DNA of 64,000 nt from a virus: the IMG/VR virus record IMGVR_UViG_3300046170_000450, positions 1-64,000 of that record, one strand, 5' to 3'. The notes under the pieces were generated by a model. That model was not told where the DNA came from. It saw only the letters and a program-made list of their open reading frames with translations, and did no database searches. Both the position numbers and the translations under genes were made by a program. How positions within the stretch are numbered: position 1 is the stretch's first letter; each line of letters begins with the position of its first letter. Below are positions 1-10,425 of this stretch, piece after piece.

Positions 1-663
1 AATAATTTTAACACCTGTATATATATCTGTCATTGAGGCGGAATGGAATCTTAAATCATTTGCATTTGATCTAGAAATAACAACATCTGATGAACCTGTG
101 ATTTTAGAAAATTCTTCAAATCCGCCGAACATACTGCCGCTGACCGCATCAGATTCTTGACCAAAAGTTAAATAATCTATTGGCAGCGCTTTATAGAATA
201 TGTTCTGCTCGATTTTATTATCGATATCGCCAGAATTAATTGTTATGAATATAGATTCATCTCCAGACTGCAATGAGACGGCTTCAGAATCAATTCTATT
301 TGTAAAAGCAATAGTATCTGGCTTAAATGTTGAATCGGATCCAGTATAAACATCAACACCCTTTATGTTTTGAATTGATAAGCCAGTATTGCCATTCAAA
401 TCACCAGAAAAAAAAGTTTTTAAAGTTATAAAACCTTCTAAAACTCTTATATCTTCCATAAGCAATAAACCTTCACCAGTTGGCTCAAAAAGAAGATTTT
501 CGCCATTAAATTCTACTCCTGTAATCGCGAACTTTGGGAATTCGACATTTAAAGTTCCAGACCCGCTAGAGAAGCCAGCTCCGCCATCTGAACTTACAAA
601 GCATTCAAGTTGATATCCAGATGTTGCTGGATGCTGCCCCACTACTACTTGATTAAATCTCAT
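1..663 (-). CDS. Putative tail-associated protein, partial (runs off left edge)
   Basis: ATG at 663 overlaps the TGA of the tail-tip gene (ATGA). The frame MRFNQVVVGQHPATSGYQLECF... stays open to position 1. Not in the ORF track. Confidence 0.7.
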   Translation of the reverse strand, partial: MRFNQVVVGQHPATSGYQLECFVSSDGGAGFSSGSGTLNVEFPKFAITGVEFNGENLLFEPTGEGLLLMEDIRVLEGFITLKTFFSGDLNGNTGLSIQNIKGVDVYTGSDSTFKPDTIAFTNRIDSEAVSLQSGDESIFITINSGDIDNKIEQNIFYKALPIDYLTFGQESDAVSGSMFGGFEEFSKITGSSDVVISRSNANDLRFHSASMTDIYTGVKII

Positions 664-3600
664 AATGTACCTGTAACTCCTATTTGCATAAAATTAAAAT
701 TAGAACTAGATAATCTATTTATTATTTCTTCGGATCTTTCTATATTACCTACTAAGTTTATTGTTGTATTTTCAGAAGCATCTATTAATGATGGGAAACC
801 TGTTATATTGAATATAAATTCAGTATTTGCATCACCCGTAAAACCAGTGAAAAAACTGTTTGGATCGCTAAAATAATTCCCTACGGTTGCCCCACTTATC
901 AATGAGAAATATTTATTAAGATGTCCACTAGTCAAGGCTTCTCCATTTAATTCTGAATTTCCTAAAACCTTAAAACCTGTTTGAGAATTTAAATTTACAC
1001 CAACAAAAGGAGTAAGTCCAGAAAAAGATGGAGGAGAGCTTGTCCCCAAAGCGTCCACCCCAGTCCAAGAGATAACATTCCAAGGGTAATCAACATTACT
1101 ACCTCCTTCCCAAGCTATTTTGCCAAAACTTACACTTCCAGCATCTTCATCGGTCAATATCCATTTAGTTCCATCTAGTTTAAATCTTAACCCACTTGTA
1201 GTTATATTTTGGAACAAGGGAGAAGATCCAGTATAATCCCCATCGAATGTATTTATATTTCCAGAAACGCCCGTTCCAACGCCAGTAATATTAAATTCGG
1301 TTATAAAAGATTCATCTCTAAGTCCAGTTATGGATGTATTTACATTGAAATTTGTGGCATCATCTAAATATCCTGTTAATCCATTTTCTCTATCAACTAC
1401 TATTTGTAAAAAATGTAAATTGCCATCGTTTAATGTTGTTGCGCCAGTAGCCGCCAAATAGTCCGTTCCATTTAAATTTAAATAATTTTTTCCATCACCA
1501 GATTGGAACCAAGCTAGGCCAGTTCCATTTTTTTGAGATTCTAACAAATATTGTTTGCCATTTAAATTGCTATTAAATTTGAACCAAGCCGCCAATGTGA
1601 AATTGCCAGTATCTATTTGAAGGTTTTCTCCAGTAATGAGTATATGGTTTGTTGCACCTCCAGTTAATTGAGATCTAAGCCCTGGCTCCAAACCTGTTTC
1701 TAACATATGCTGGAAAGCTCTATTTTGATTTCCTGTTCTGTGAACAACAAAGAACTTATCATCAAAGTCTGAATTGTCTCCAGATCTTTGGCACATAACG
1801 GCATATTGATCATGGGCGAATCTTAGTCCTACATTATTTGTTCCATTAGCTGGTTCTAAAATAGCGTCAGATGAAAATTGAAAAGATTGTTCTCCAGTAG
1901 CGCAATAATTCAATGACAATATCGGTAGATCACTAACAGAAGAAACATTAAATATATTTTGATCTAAAGCTATATAAGCGTATAAACCAGTTCCATCAGC
2001 GACAGTCAAATCTGACTGAAAAGATTTGAAGAAAAACCCACTTGTTGAAACCCCCGTTATGCAAGTATCTGAAAAATAAGTTTCTGTCGTTGTGTTGGGT
2101 TCTTGAAGTTGCACAAACACTCTAGGGGCAACATTGAAATCTTCATGGAAACTCACAAACTGATAATCGGAAGTATTATTATTATTGACCTTGCCTATTT
2201 GTATTGTTTTTGAAGCTCCATTAAATTTAAAAAGCCCTGTTTTTGATGCTACATAAGCGTATTTACTGTTTCTTTCCGAAATACCAGTAACAGAAAATCC
2301 CGAAGATGTGGAGTTTATCCTTCCAATGGGTTTGGAAAAATCGCTATAATCCCCATCAACTATTTGATACATAAAAATCGCAGGTGTCTCATCGAAATTT
2401 TCTCCAAAAGCAAAAGTCTGCGTCGCTGATTCAGAGCCAGTCAATTCAAAACTTGAAACTTCAAAGTCTAGACTTGGAGGCATTATATATTTTCCGTCTC
2501 CAGTGTAATTAAATGCAGTATTTAATTCTGAGTTTGATATTGTTACAGAATTTTCATTCGAGAGTATTTTAAAATTATTTTTTATAATATTGCCTGCATT
2601 ATCTTTTAAATTAATCACTTGATCATTTACTGTATCTATTACAGAAGCTCCGCTATTTCCGAATATATCTTCAAATTCGAAACTAACAACAGTATTTATA
2701 TTCGGGTCACGTTCAAAAAAAGAATTTTGAGCAGTTCCAGTTTCATTTATATTGTCATATGATGACTGGTATGCAGTATTTATAAAAATATTTTGATATT
2801 CAACAAAATTATCTTGAGCGGTGAATCCGAAATCAGATACTTGCGTAGTAAAGGATACCGATGTAGCGTCACTACTTCTTGATTTAATCGGGGTTATGTT
2901 TTCCGAAAATACATTTATTTCATAATCTCCAATTTGATCTATTTTTGCCTCCCCACTTAAAGTAAATACTGTTGTTGAACTGGCACTTTTAAAAACTTCA
3001 GAAATTATAACATTTGTATTTGGCTCTTCTAGAAATACAATATATTTTTCAGGAATCCCCGAAGCTGGATCTGTTATTGTTATAGGTAAACTCAGGGACT
3101 GGTCGGCGTTTTGAATTTTTGCCCCAGTTACTACTGAAGCTGGCTTGACTGGCCTAATCACGTCAGTTATTCTTAAATCTGGCTGAAATGTATCATCTTC
3201 AGTATCAAATGCGATATTTTCTTCAACAAATTTAAATTTGCCAGTATGATGAATTGTTGCGGATATATTAAATCCTTTTTCTTTATCTTCTTGTATATTT
3301 AATACCCTATAATAATTTGGAGATCTACCGCTCGCATCGATATTGTAAATAGACCCATGCCTTATATTGACATCTTTTTCTGAGAACCATTGGCTTTGAG
3401 CATTCCCATCTGTAAAATTGTTCAAGCCATTTATATATATAGCTACTCCACTATCTACTACATCATAACTCGATCCAGAACCGCCTGGTTTAATTTGTAA
3501 AGATATTACTTGCGGGTTATGTATCTCCCTATAAAGTTCATTATTACTAGATGGATTTCTGTAAAAATCATCGATTCCAGATTTTCCTACTGGATTATAT

Positions 3601-5819
3601 ATATGTATATTCCCTCCAGTTATATAATCTAATTGATCGCTGCCAATAGCTGGTTCGACAATTATAGCTTTTGGGCCCTGCCCATTAGTTAATGTTGCGA
3701 TGTTGCTAGTTCCATCTGGATCATAGTAAGTCGTCTGTCCACTTGCTCCTAATATTGTACCGAAATTTTTAGTGAAATTTCTCATTTCATCTTCGACCAT
3801 AATTACATCTCCTGGCTCTATTAGAAGACCTTCAAATCCAGCATTAAAAGAAACTGTTTCAGTCGTGTATTGGGATTCAAATAAAATGTATTTAGCTAAT
3901 CTATGAGCTTGAGATCTGGAAGTTACACCAATGCCATCTATTTGCTTAAAATTTAATCCTACATATTTAATAGCTTCAGTATCTTCGACGTATTCTGTTG
4001 CACTTCTGTAATTATTTTTTTTGTCTAAAAAAGAAACTTCTACAGCAGATAATTTAGTTGATTTATCTACATCTGCATAAGAAAACATTCCATCTTTAAC
4101 ATTTAAATTATTAAAAATTAAATGAGGGGGAAACTTATTTTCTTTTGGCGCTGTAGTAGAGGTATTATTAAAGTCTTCGAAAAAATAAGGTCTATCCACT
4201 TTAACAGTCACGCAAGAATTATTAAAATAAGTCATCGCTCTGAAAGACCGAGCTAAATCTTGAAGCGCTTCAAAAGCCCCTAATTGATCTTTTATAATAA
4301 TATTGCAGCTAAATCTTGGTTCTAAACCCCCTAACCCATCATCTAGACCAATGAAATAGCCAGCACCGCCATAATCATTTGTTGTTTTGCTTCCATCATT
4401 CATTGTGACGGCATCACAATACATGCTTATTTCATACAGAGTCCACTTATCAACAATTTCTACATCCCTTAAGTGGGACCCTATTCCATATCTAGTATTG
4501 ATCAAAAGATCATAATAAATCCAAGCAGGATTGTCAGACCATCCAAATTTAAATGTCCCATCCCAGTTTCCATTGTAAATTTGGTTACCTCTTGTCGACC
4601 CGTCACTAGAAAATCTTCTATCAGATCCATCCACATTAATTGGGTTATAATTAGAAGGTATCAAGATTTTTTTACCTTTAAGTCTGAAAGTCCTAGTCGG
4701 AACTTGCGGAAAGTATTTAGAATCTATAGAATTGGCAACGTAGCAAGAATTTGGGTAGACATAAGTCTGATCATTTATTTCCGTTATAGTGGCGACCCCA
4801 ATCTCTCTTTTAATTAAATTGGAATAAGTTTCGTATTCTGATTTTCTCACTCTTACAAAATTATATATATCAGTATCAGACAAAGCTGGTAAAGTTATAT
4901 TTTCCAAACTAATCGAATATGGGGCAGTTATGATTCCACTTATTGATATTACCCCGTTACCACTACCGAGAGTCACCCCCTTGCCGCTTCTGGTTGTGAA
5001 TGATGCTGTTTGGGTTGTTTCTACACCATTTTTATTAACCTTTCCTACGACCACCTGGACACTTACGGTTAATGGCAAAGGTGTTCCCATCTTACTTTTT
5101 CCTGCATCATTTTCAGATGCAGCAGCATAACTTTTTGTATCGCTAAGACCGTCTATTTGTAAACCAATTGTTAATTTATTTACATTTTTGTCATAATTGA
5201 TGTGGTTGAACGGCTTTTCTAAAACTTCTCTTACTCCCAAGTTTTGCCAGTTCACAAAGTCTCTAGCTTCCGTACCTTCGAATCTAACATCTCTACTACC
5301 ATTGCCCGTTCTTGCTCCATTGTCTTTATCTTCATATATTGGATTCTCGAATTCGTCGTACCCTATAATATCTCCAAATCTAGTCATATCATACGGTCCT
5401 TTTATCGGAGTTGATATCTTATGCAACTTACTTGGCGTTTTTACTATAGAACTAGCTTTTTGAAATTCGGAGCCATCTCTAAATTCTACATCATATTTTG
5501 AATGCGTTGGCTGATTTGTTTCTTCCCTTAATGAAATATCGTTAAAGTAAATACCTTTATCGATTCCATTTGTTGAACTACCAATTGTGTTATTGTCTTG
5601 TTTAAACTCTTTTTTGGCGTAATCCCCCTGCAAAAGTAATCCTTTTTTATCTGTGAGGCCAGCTACTGGGCCTTCACAGATCAAATCTAATGCTTCATAA
5701 ATCTGAAAACCAATTTTTGAAAAAGTTCCATCTGGAGGCATAAGATAAGAGGGCTTAGCTCCCTTACTTCTACCAGCGATTGATATTTTTTTTCTAAGTC
5801 TGTTTTTATAAAAACTCAT
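660..5819 (-). CDS. Tail tip / host-specificity protein (lambda gpJ-like) with C-terminal LamG/ConA-like region
   Basis: TipJ-type motifs DLICEGPVAGL, WDGTFKFGWSDNPAWIYYDLL, EPRFSCN, GVTSRSQAHR. C-terminal 'FTLAAWFK...LNDGNLHF' resembles LamG. Follows L-K-I genes. Confidence 0.9.
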   Translation of the reverse strand: MSFYKNRLRKKISIAGRSKGAKPSYLMPPDGTFSKIGFQIYEALDLICEGPVAGLTDKKGLLLQGDYAKKEFKQDNNTIGSSTNGIDKGIYFNDISLREETNQPTHSKYDVEFRDGSEFQKASSIVKTPSKLHKISTPIKGPYDMTRFGDIIGYDEFENPIYEDKDNGARTGNGSRDVRFEGTEARDFVNWQNLGVREVLEKPFNHINYDKNVNKLTIGLQIDGLSDTKSYAAASENDAGKSKMGTPLPLTVSVQVVVGKVNKNGVETTQTASFTTRSGKGVTLGSGNGVISISGIITAPYSISLENITLPALSDTDIYNFVRVRKSEYETYSNLIKREIGVATITEINDQTYVYPNSCYVANSIDSKYFPQVPTRTFRLKGKKILIPSNYNPINVDGSDRRFSSDGSTRGNQIYNGNWDGTFKFGWSDNPAWIYYDLLINTRYGIGSHLRDVEIVDKWTLYEISMYCDAVTMNDGSKTTNDYGGAGYFIGLDDGLGGLEPRFSCNIIIKDQLGAFEALQDLARSFRAMTYFNNSCVTVKVDRPYFFEDFNNTSTTAPKENKFPPHLIFNNLNVKDGMFSYADVDKSTKLSAVEVSFLDKKNNYRSATEYVEDTEAIKYVGLNFKQIDGIGVTSRSQAHRLAKYILFESQYTTETVSFNAGFEGLLIEPGDVIMVEDEMRNFTKNFGTILGASGQTTYYDPDGTSNIATLTNGQGPKAIIVEPAIGSDQLDYITGGNIHIYNPVGKSGIDDFYRNPSSNNELYREIHNPQVISLQIKPGGSGSSYDVVDSGVAIYINGLNNFTDGNAQSQWFSEKDVNIRHGSIYNIDASGRSPNYYRVLNIQEDKEKGFNISATIHHTGKFKFVEENIAFDTEDDTFQPDLRITDVIRPVKPASVVTGAKIQNADQSLSLPITITDPASGIPEKYIVFLEEPNTNVIISEVFKSASSTTVFTLSGEAKIDQIGDYEINVFSENITPIKSRSSDATSVSFTTQVSDFGFTAQDNFVEYQNIFINTAYQSSYDNINETGTAQNSFFERDPNINTVVSFEFEDIFGNSGASVIDTVNDQVINLKDNAGNIIKNNFKILSNENSVTISNSELNTAFNYTGDGKYIMPPSLDFEVSSFELTGSESATQTFAFGENFDETPAIFMYQIVDGDYSDFSKPIGRINSTSSGFSVTGISERNSKYAYVASKTGLFKFNGASKTIQIGKVNNNNTSDYQFVSFHEDFNVAPRVFVQLQEPNTTTETYFSDTCITGVSTSGFFFKSFQSDLTVADGTGLYAYIALDQNIFNVSSVSDLPILSLNYCATGEQSFQFSSDAILEPANGTNNVGLRFAHDQYAVMCQRSGDNSDFDDKFFVVHRTGNQNRAFQHMLETGLEPGLRSQLTGGATNHILITGENLQIDTGNFTLAAWFKFNSNLNGKQYLLESQKNGTGLAWFQSGDGKNYLNLNGTDYLAATGATTLNDGNLHFLQIVVDRENGLTGYLDDATNFNVNTSITGLRDESFITEFNITGVGTGVSGNINTFDGDYTGSSPLFQNITTSGLRFKLDGTKWILTDEDAGSVSFGKIAWEGGSNVDYPWNVISWTGVDALGTSSPPSFSGLTPFVGVNLNSQTGFKVLGNSELNGEALTSGHLNKYFSLISGATVGNYFSDPNSFFTGFTGDANTEFIFNITGFPSLIDASENTTINLVGNIERSEEIINRLSSSNFNFMQIGVTGTL

Positions 5820-6421
5820 TATGCTAAATCTTGGGCAACAACGTTTGTTGAGATAATATTTGATCCAATTCTCAACTCTCCATAAACCAAAGGAATGGGA
5901 AATCCTTGCACTACATTGTTTTCCAAATTGCTAAAAATGTAACTAGATTGATCGATTTTGGTTTCGACCTTCTGATCGGCCATTTTTGGCATTTCGACAG
6001 GAAACAATAAAGACATAACGCCTTGTATTAACATACCTATGGCCAAATTTGCTAAAAATCCACCACCAGCTAATGCGGTTCCCAACGCAGCAAAAGCTGC
6101 GCCTACAAAACCAGCTACTGCGGTTACCGCCGCCACAACAGCCGATACCACAAAAGCCCCATTTACAACGGGCACTATATGCACTTCTTCGGGTGCTTTG
6201 GCGGAAGAAAGCTGCTGTATAGTTTCCCATTTTTTATTTGGATTTTTTGGGTCTATAAACGCATAACTTAGACCTTCTTTAAATCTTGAAATTAAAAAAT
6301 TTCTAACCCTGGAGTTATTTGCATTTAAAGCTCTTGTTATATCCAAAAGCTTGTTTACTTTAAATCTGTGCTGTTTGCCGCAGATTGTAGCTAATTCTCC
6401 ATGTATTATAACATTAGTCAT
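5819..6421 (-). CDS. Tail assembly protein I-like
   Basis: N-terminal 'IHGELA', 'HIVPVVNGA', hydrophobic Ala/Gly stretch, C-terminal 'QGFPIPLVYGELRIGS' typical of gpI. Synteny. Confidence 0.85.
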   Translation of the reverse strand: MTNVIIHGELATICGKQHRFKVNKLLDITRALNANNSRVRNFLISRFKEGLSYAFIDPKNPNKKWETIQQLSSAKAPEEVHIVPVVNGAFVVSAVVAAVTAVAGFVGAAFAALGTALAGGGFLANLAIGMLIQGVMSLLFPVEMPKMADQKVETKIDQSSYIFSNLENNVVQGFPIPLVYGELRIGSNIISTNVVAQDLA

Positions 6422-6806
6422 CCAAAAACTCCTTTAATCTTATTACACCTTTTTCTAGTCTTTCGAAATGAGGCATGTCAAATAAGCAAAATCTTTCAGT
6501 AGTTAAAGAATATATCAAAAATGGGTAAAGACAATTTTTTGAATTTTCGATATCGTACTCAGAGGGATCTTCTTTAGCACTAACGTGGGTATGGAATATC
6601 GCCAAAAGCTCGCCGCTTAATTTCCTTTCTAAAAAATCTGCGGGGTTTATTATAAAAATATCATTATCCTTTGAATGATTCTTTGCTGGCTTTAAAAAAA
6701 GCTCTCCATCTCCATAACACACAAAACCGCAAACTTCCTTACTCGTGTCTGTATTCGCGTATTCTACAAGATCGTTTATAAATTTATCCTTTTGGTGGGT
6801 ATGCAT
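6414..6806 (-). CDS. Tail assembly protein K-like (JAB/MPN domain only)
   Basis: EVCGFV...FHTHV...PSEYD JAB motif between L and I. No NlpC/P60 part. Start chosen at the second Met. Confidence 0.85.
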   Translation of the reverse strand: MHTHQKDKFINDLVEYANTDTSKEVCGFVCYGDGELFLKPAKNHSKDNDIFIINPADFLERKLSGELLAIFHTHVSAKEDPSEYDIENSKNCLYPFLIYSLTTERFCLFDMPHFERLEKGVIRLKEFLDD

Positions 6807-7755
6807 GAGTTCCTGGGTATCCTCCAAACCTTAATTGGCCTGGAAATCTTAATTTACAATCAGAGACTTTTTTTGAGCATTCATCTTTTTGCCAATTTTT
6901 TGATATCGGTGGAAAATTTTCATTCCCCGATACGCCATTAGCGACACAAACATAATATGTTTTTAACCTTTCTGCTGGAGCAGACAAATCGGTTTCATCT
7001 TCTTTTCTTATGACAAAATTTTCAATTTGGACGAAAACGCAATCACCCTTGTTATAAGTATTGCTATTTTTCCATAATCCCTTAATTGTTGATGGAGATA
7101 CAGCAGCTCCGCTAGCATCCGTGAATGGTTGAGAATTTGAGGTGGTTTTTGGCTTCCCCGCGTACCTGCATCCATGTCCTCTGTATATCCACGTACAGTA
7201 TCTAGAATAAACATTTCTATTGGGAATATATACATTATCTAATTCAAAAACGGTAGATAATTCAAATTCAACCAATTCTTTTGTTTCCGTAGTTCTTCTG
7301 TTTATGTAAAAAGTCTGATCAGGTAGGAACATTTCGCCAGAAGCTTCGCTCGCTTGTGTAGAAATGTCAAAATATGGGTTTTTACTTCCTTCAAAATTTA
7401 TATCATCTAAAAACCTTGCAAAAGTTCGTTTTCTAACCACTTTCGCACCGATTAAGTTATTATGGACTTTTAAATATTTAGATATAACATATTGTATATT
7501 GGATACCTTGAGCCTTGGTCTAGGCAAGCTATTATCTCCTTTAACTTCGAAACCTTCAGTTTCCATTGGATATGATATAAATTCCTGCCCTTGCCAAACA
7601 ATCCTATCTGAAATTGATTTTTGATATGGGGTTAGAGCTAAGACGCTATTTTGATCTTCTGGCCAGTCATAATATATTAAATAAAATTCTAAAATTTGAC
7701 TGGGTTCTAGAGACATAGCCTCTGAAGCCACTTTTTGGTTTATTCCTTCTGCCAT
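6784..7755 (-). CDS. Minor tail protein L-like
   Basis: LPRPRLKVSN, GAKVVRKRTFARFLD, CTWIYRGHGC and C-terminal DECSKKVSDCKLRF...FGGYPG (Fe-S cysteines of gpL). Confidence 0.9.
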   Translation of the reverse strand: MAEGINQKVASEAMSLEPSQILEFYLIYYDWPEDQNSVLALTPYQKSISDRIVWQGQEFISYPMETEGFEVKGDNSLPRPRLKVSNIQYVISKYLKVHNNLIGAKVVRKRTFARFLDDINFEGSKNPYFDISTQASEASGEMFLPDQTFYINRRTTETKELVEFELSTVFELDNVYIPNRNVYSRYCTWIYRGHGCRYAGKPKTTSNSQPFTDASGAAVSPSTIKGLWKNSNTYNKGDCVFVQIENFVIRKEDETDLSAPAERLKTYYVCVANGVSGNENFPPISKNWQKDECSKKVSDCKLRFPGQLRFGGYPGTHAYPPKG

Positions 7756-7795
7756 ATTTAAGTTTACACTTTAATTATTAAATTTATAATATATT

Positions 7796-8392
7796 ATGAT
7801 CCCCAGAATTAAAGATTTATTTTATAAATACCAAAAAAATATTTATTCGATTTTATCAAATGTGAATAGTCTAGAATACCGCTTCATAACAGAATCTTTG
7901 AATAATATAACCGAAGGGGATATTTGTGAGAATGAGCATCTATCCTGCTATTCTTTTATTATCAGTGTTAAAAATAAGGTAATCAACACTTCTCGATTTA
8001 TTGTAGGTACAAAAACGAATCCAGATTTATTTCGAAAAAATGCATTAAAGATGTTAAATTCTTTAAATATACGCCCTAAAGCGCCCAATGGATTTAAATG
8101 GTACGGCGTTGGTTGGGATATAGAAAACGATCAAATAAAGATATATTTCTTAAAAAAAGATTTTTCTCAAATTTTTTGTAAAGAATTTCGCAGGAGTTCG
8201 GGCGCAAAAATAAGGGAAAAAATTTATCAAGTTGGCAAATATGTCACAACAATGAGAAAGGATGAGAAAATCATAGAACAGATAAACATAAATTCTTTAG
8301 AGCATGAAATTGTAGCCAAAATGAACAGTTTGGGGTTTGATTTAGACACATATAGTGAATACGACAATAAAAAAACATTTTATTTTGATTAA
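7796..8392 (+). CDS. Hypothetical protein, very AT-rich
   Basis: 198-aa ORF divergent from the tail operon. No recognised motif. Confidence 0.6.
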   Translation: MIPRIKDLFYKYQKNIYSILSNVNSLEYRFITESLNNITEGDICENEHLSCYSFIISVKNKVINTSRFIVGTKTNPDLFRKNALKMLNSLNIRPKAPNGFKWYGVGWDIENDQIKIYFLKKDFSQIFCKEFRRSSGAKIREKIYQVGKYVTTMRKDEKIIEQININSLEHEIVAKMNSLGFDLDTYSEYDNKKTFYFD

Positions 8393-8508
8393 TATGAGCC
8401 AGTATCATTTCACAGAAGAAATAAATCATAAGGAATGTTAATTTTGTACATATTTCTGAAAATGCAAGTAAATCAACAACTGGCAAAATGTTTAGTGTAA
8501 TAAATACT

Positions 8509-9444
8509 ATGGCAGACAAAAAAATATCTCAACTCGTTGAACTCACTTCAGCTAACGCAGCAACTGACTTCTTGCCAGTTGTTGATACTAGCGTTGGCGA
8601 AACTAAGAAAATAGCCTTGGCTAATTTGCCGATGAGCGATGCTGCTCTTGCGCAATCTTACCCTTTCACAACGGACATTCAATCTGGCACAGAGCAGACA
8701 CGGAATCTTACGACTATTGATGACACATCTGGGTATGACAACAACAACATCACTTCTATTTACATTGGAAGTAATGTGACTTCGATTGGAAATTATTCGT
8801 TTTACTACGCCCAAAACCTGACTAGCGTCAGTATTCCAGACAGCGTCACATCGATTGGAAATAGTACGTTTTATAGCTGTTCAAACCTGACTAGCGTCAG
8901 TATTCCAGACAGCGTCACATCGATTGGAAGTTATGCGTTTTACTTCTGTCCCTCAACTAGCCTTAATATTCCAGACAGTGTCACATCGATTGGTAATGCT
9001 GCCTTCAGCTCCTCTGGCATAACTAGCGCCAGTATTCCAGACAGCGTCACATCGATTGAAAATTATGTGTTTTACTATGCTTCAAACCTTACCAGTATAA
9101 CTATTCCTGATAGCGTGACTTCGATTGGGGATAGTGCGTTTAACTCCTGCTCAAGTCTTACCAGTATAACTATTCCTAATAGCGTGACTTCGATTGGGAA
9201 TTATGCTTTCACGTACTGCACAAGTCTTACCAGCGCAACTATTGGTAATGGTGTGACTACGATTGGGAGTTATGCGTTCGACTCAGCTTCTAGCCTAGCT
9301 ACAGTTAACTGCCTAGCTACAACTGCTCCAACTTTAGGTTCTGATGTATTTAACAGTATTTCAGCCACAGACATTCACGTTCCAGTAGGAGCAACAGGAT
9401 ACGGAGCTACATATGGAGGTTTGACAGTCCGCGCAGACTTGTAA
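8509..9444 (+). CDS. BspA-type leucine-rich repeat protein 1 (probable virion adhesin)
   Basis: 23-aa repeats TSIGxxAFxxCxxLTSITIPDSV. Start MADKKISQL matches the paralogue. Confidence 0.9.
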   Translation: MADKKISQLVELTSANAATDFLPVVDTSVGETKKIALANLPMSDAALAQSYPFTTDIQSGTEQTRNLTTIDDTSGYDNNNITSIYIGSNVTSIGNYSFYYAQNLTSVSIPDSVTSIGNSTFYSCSNLTSVSIPDSVTSIGSYAFYFCPSTSLNIPDSVTSIGNAAFSSSGITSASIPDSVTSIENYVFYYASNLTSITIPDSVTSIGDSAFNSCSSLTSITIPNSVTSIGNYAFTYCTSLTSATIGNGVTTIGSYAFDSASSLATVNCLATTAPTLGSDVFNSISATDIHVPVGATGYGATYGGLTVRADL

Positions 9445-9452
9445 TAAATACT

Positions 9453-10391
9453 ATGGCAGACAAAAAAATATCACAACTTACAGAACTTACTTCAGCTAAC
9501 GCAACAACTGACATTTTGCCAGTTGTTGATACTAGTGCTGGAGAAACTAAGAAAATCTCATTAGATAATTTGCCAATGAGTGATGCTGCTATAGAGCAGT
9601 CTTACCCATACACAACGGACTTTATATCTGGCACAAAGCGGACACGTGACCTTACGACTATTGATAACACATCTGGGTATCAATATAACAGAAGTCTAAC
9701 CTCCGTATATGTTGGAAGCAATGTGACTTCAATTGATGATGCAGCATTTGAAAACACCAGCATGACCAGCATCACAATACCCGACACTGTTACCAGCATT
9801 GGGGATGATGGACTTATTGACTGCGATAACCTAACGGAGATTACCATTCCCAACAGCGTCACAAGCATCGGGAGTAGCGCATTCCGCTATTGCTCAAGTC
9901 TTACCAGTGTTTCTCTTCCCTATGGAATTACTTCACTTAGTGATAGTATTTTCAAGAGTTGCTCAAGTCTTACCAGCATAACTATTCCAGATAGTGTGAC
10001 CTCGATTGGGAATGGTGCATTTCAGCTCACAGGCCTAAACAGCATTACGATTCCAGATAGCGTTACTTCGATTAACACTCGTGTTTTCAGTGATTGCCCA
10101 AGTCTTACCAGTGTAACTATTGGTGATGGTGTAACATCGATTGGGAATTATTCTTTTGCATCCTGTTCCAGTCTTACCAGTATAACTGTTCCAGATGGTG
10201 TTACTTCGATTGGTAGTGGTAGTTTTTATTACTGCACAAGTCTAGCTACAGTCAACTGTCTGGCTACCACCGCTCCAACTTTAGGTTTTGGTGTATTTAG
10301 CGGTATTTTAGCTACTGAAATTCACGTTCCAGTGGGGGCAACAGGCTACGAAGCTACATATGGAGGTTTGACAGTCGTCTTCGATTTATAG
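9453..10391 (+). CDS. BspA-type leucine-rich repeat protein 2
   Basis: Tandem paralogue with the same N-terminal and C-terminal caps and LRR_5-type repeats. Confidence 0.9.
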   Translation: MADKKISQLTELTSANATTDILPVVDTSAGETKKISLDNLPMSDAAIEQSYPYTTDFISGTKRTRDLTTIDNTSGYQYNRSLTSVYVGSNVTSIDDAAFENTSMTSITIPDTVTSIGDDGLIDCDNLTEITIPNSVTSIGSSAFRYCSSLTSVSLPYGITSLSDSIFKSCSSLTSITIPDSVTSIGNGAFQLTGLNSITIPDSVTSINTRVFSDCPSLTSVTIGDGVTSIGNYSFASCSSLTSITVPDGVTSIGSGSFYYCTSLATVNCLATTAPTLGFGVFSGILATEIHVPVGATGYEATYGGLTVVFDL

Positions 10392-10425
10392 TTGACTTTT
10401 AAAGACCTAGATATATCATATAAAT

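Noticed and set aside
8509-10391. A complete diversity-generating retroelement in this window
   Set aside because: No reverse transcriptase and no non-coding template repeat seen. NNY bias may simply reflect N/Y/S/D preference in LRRs.
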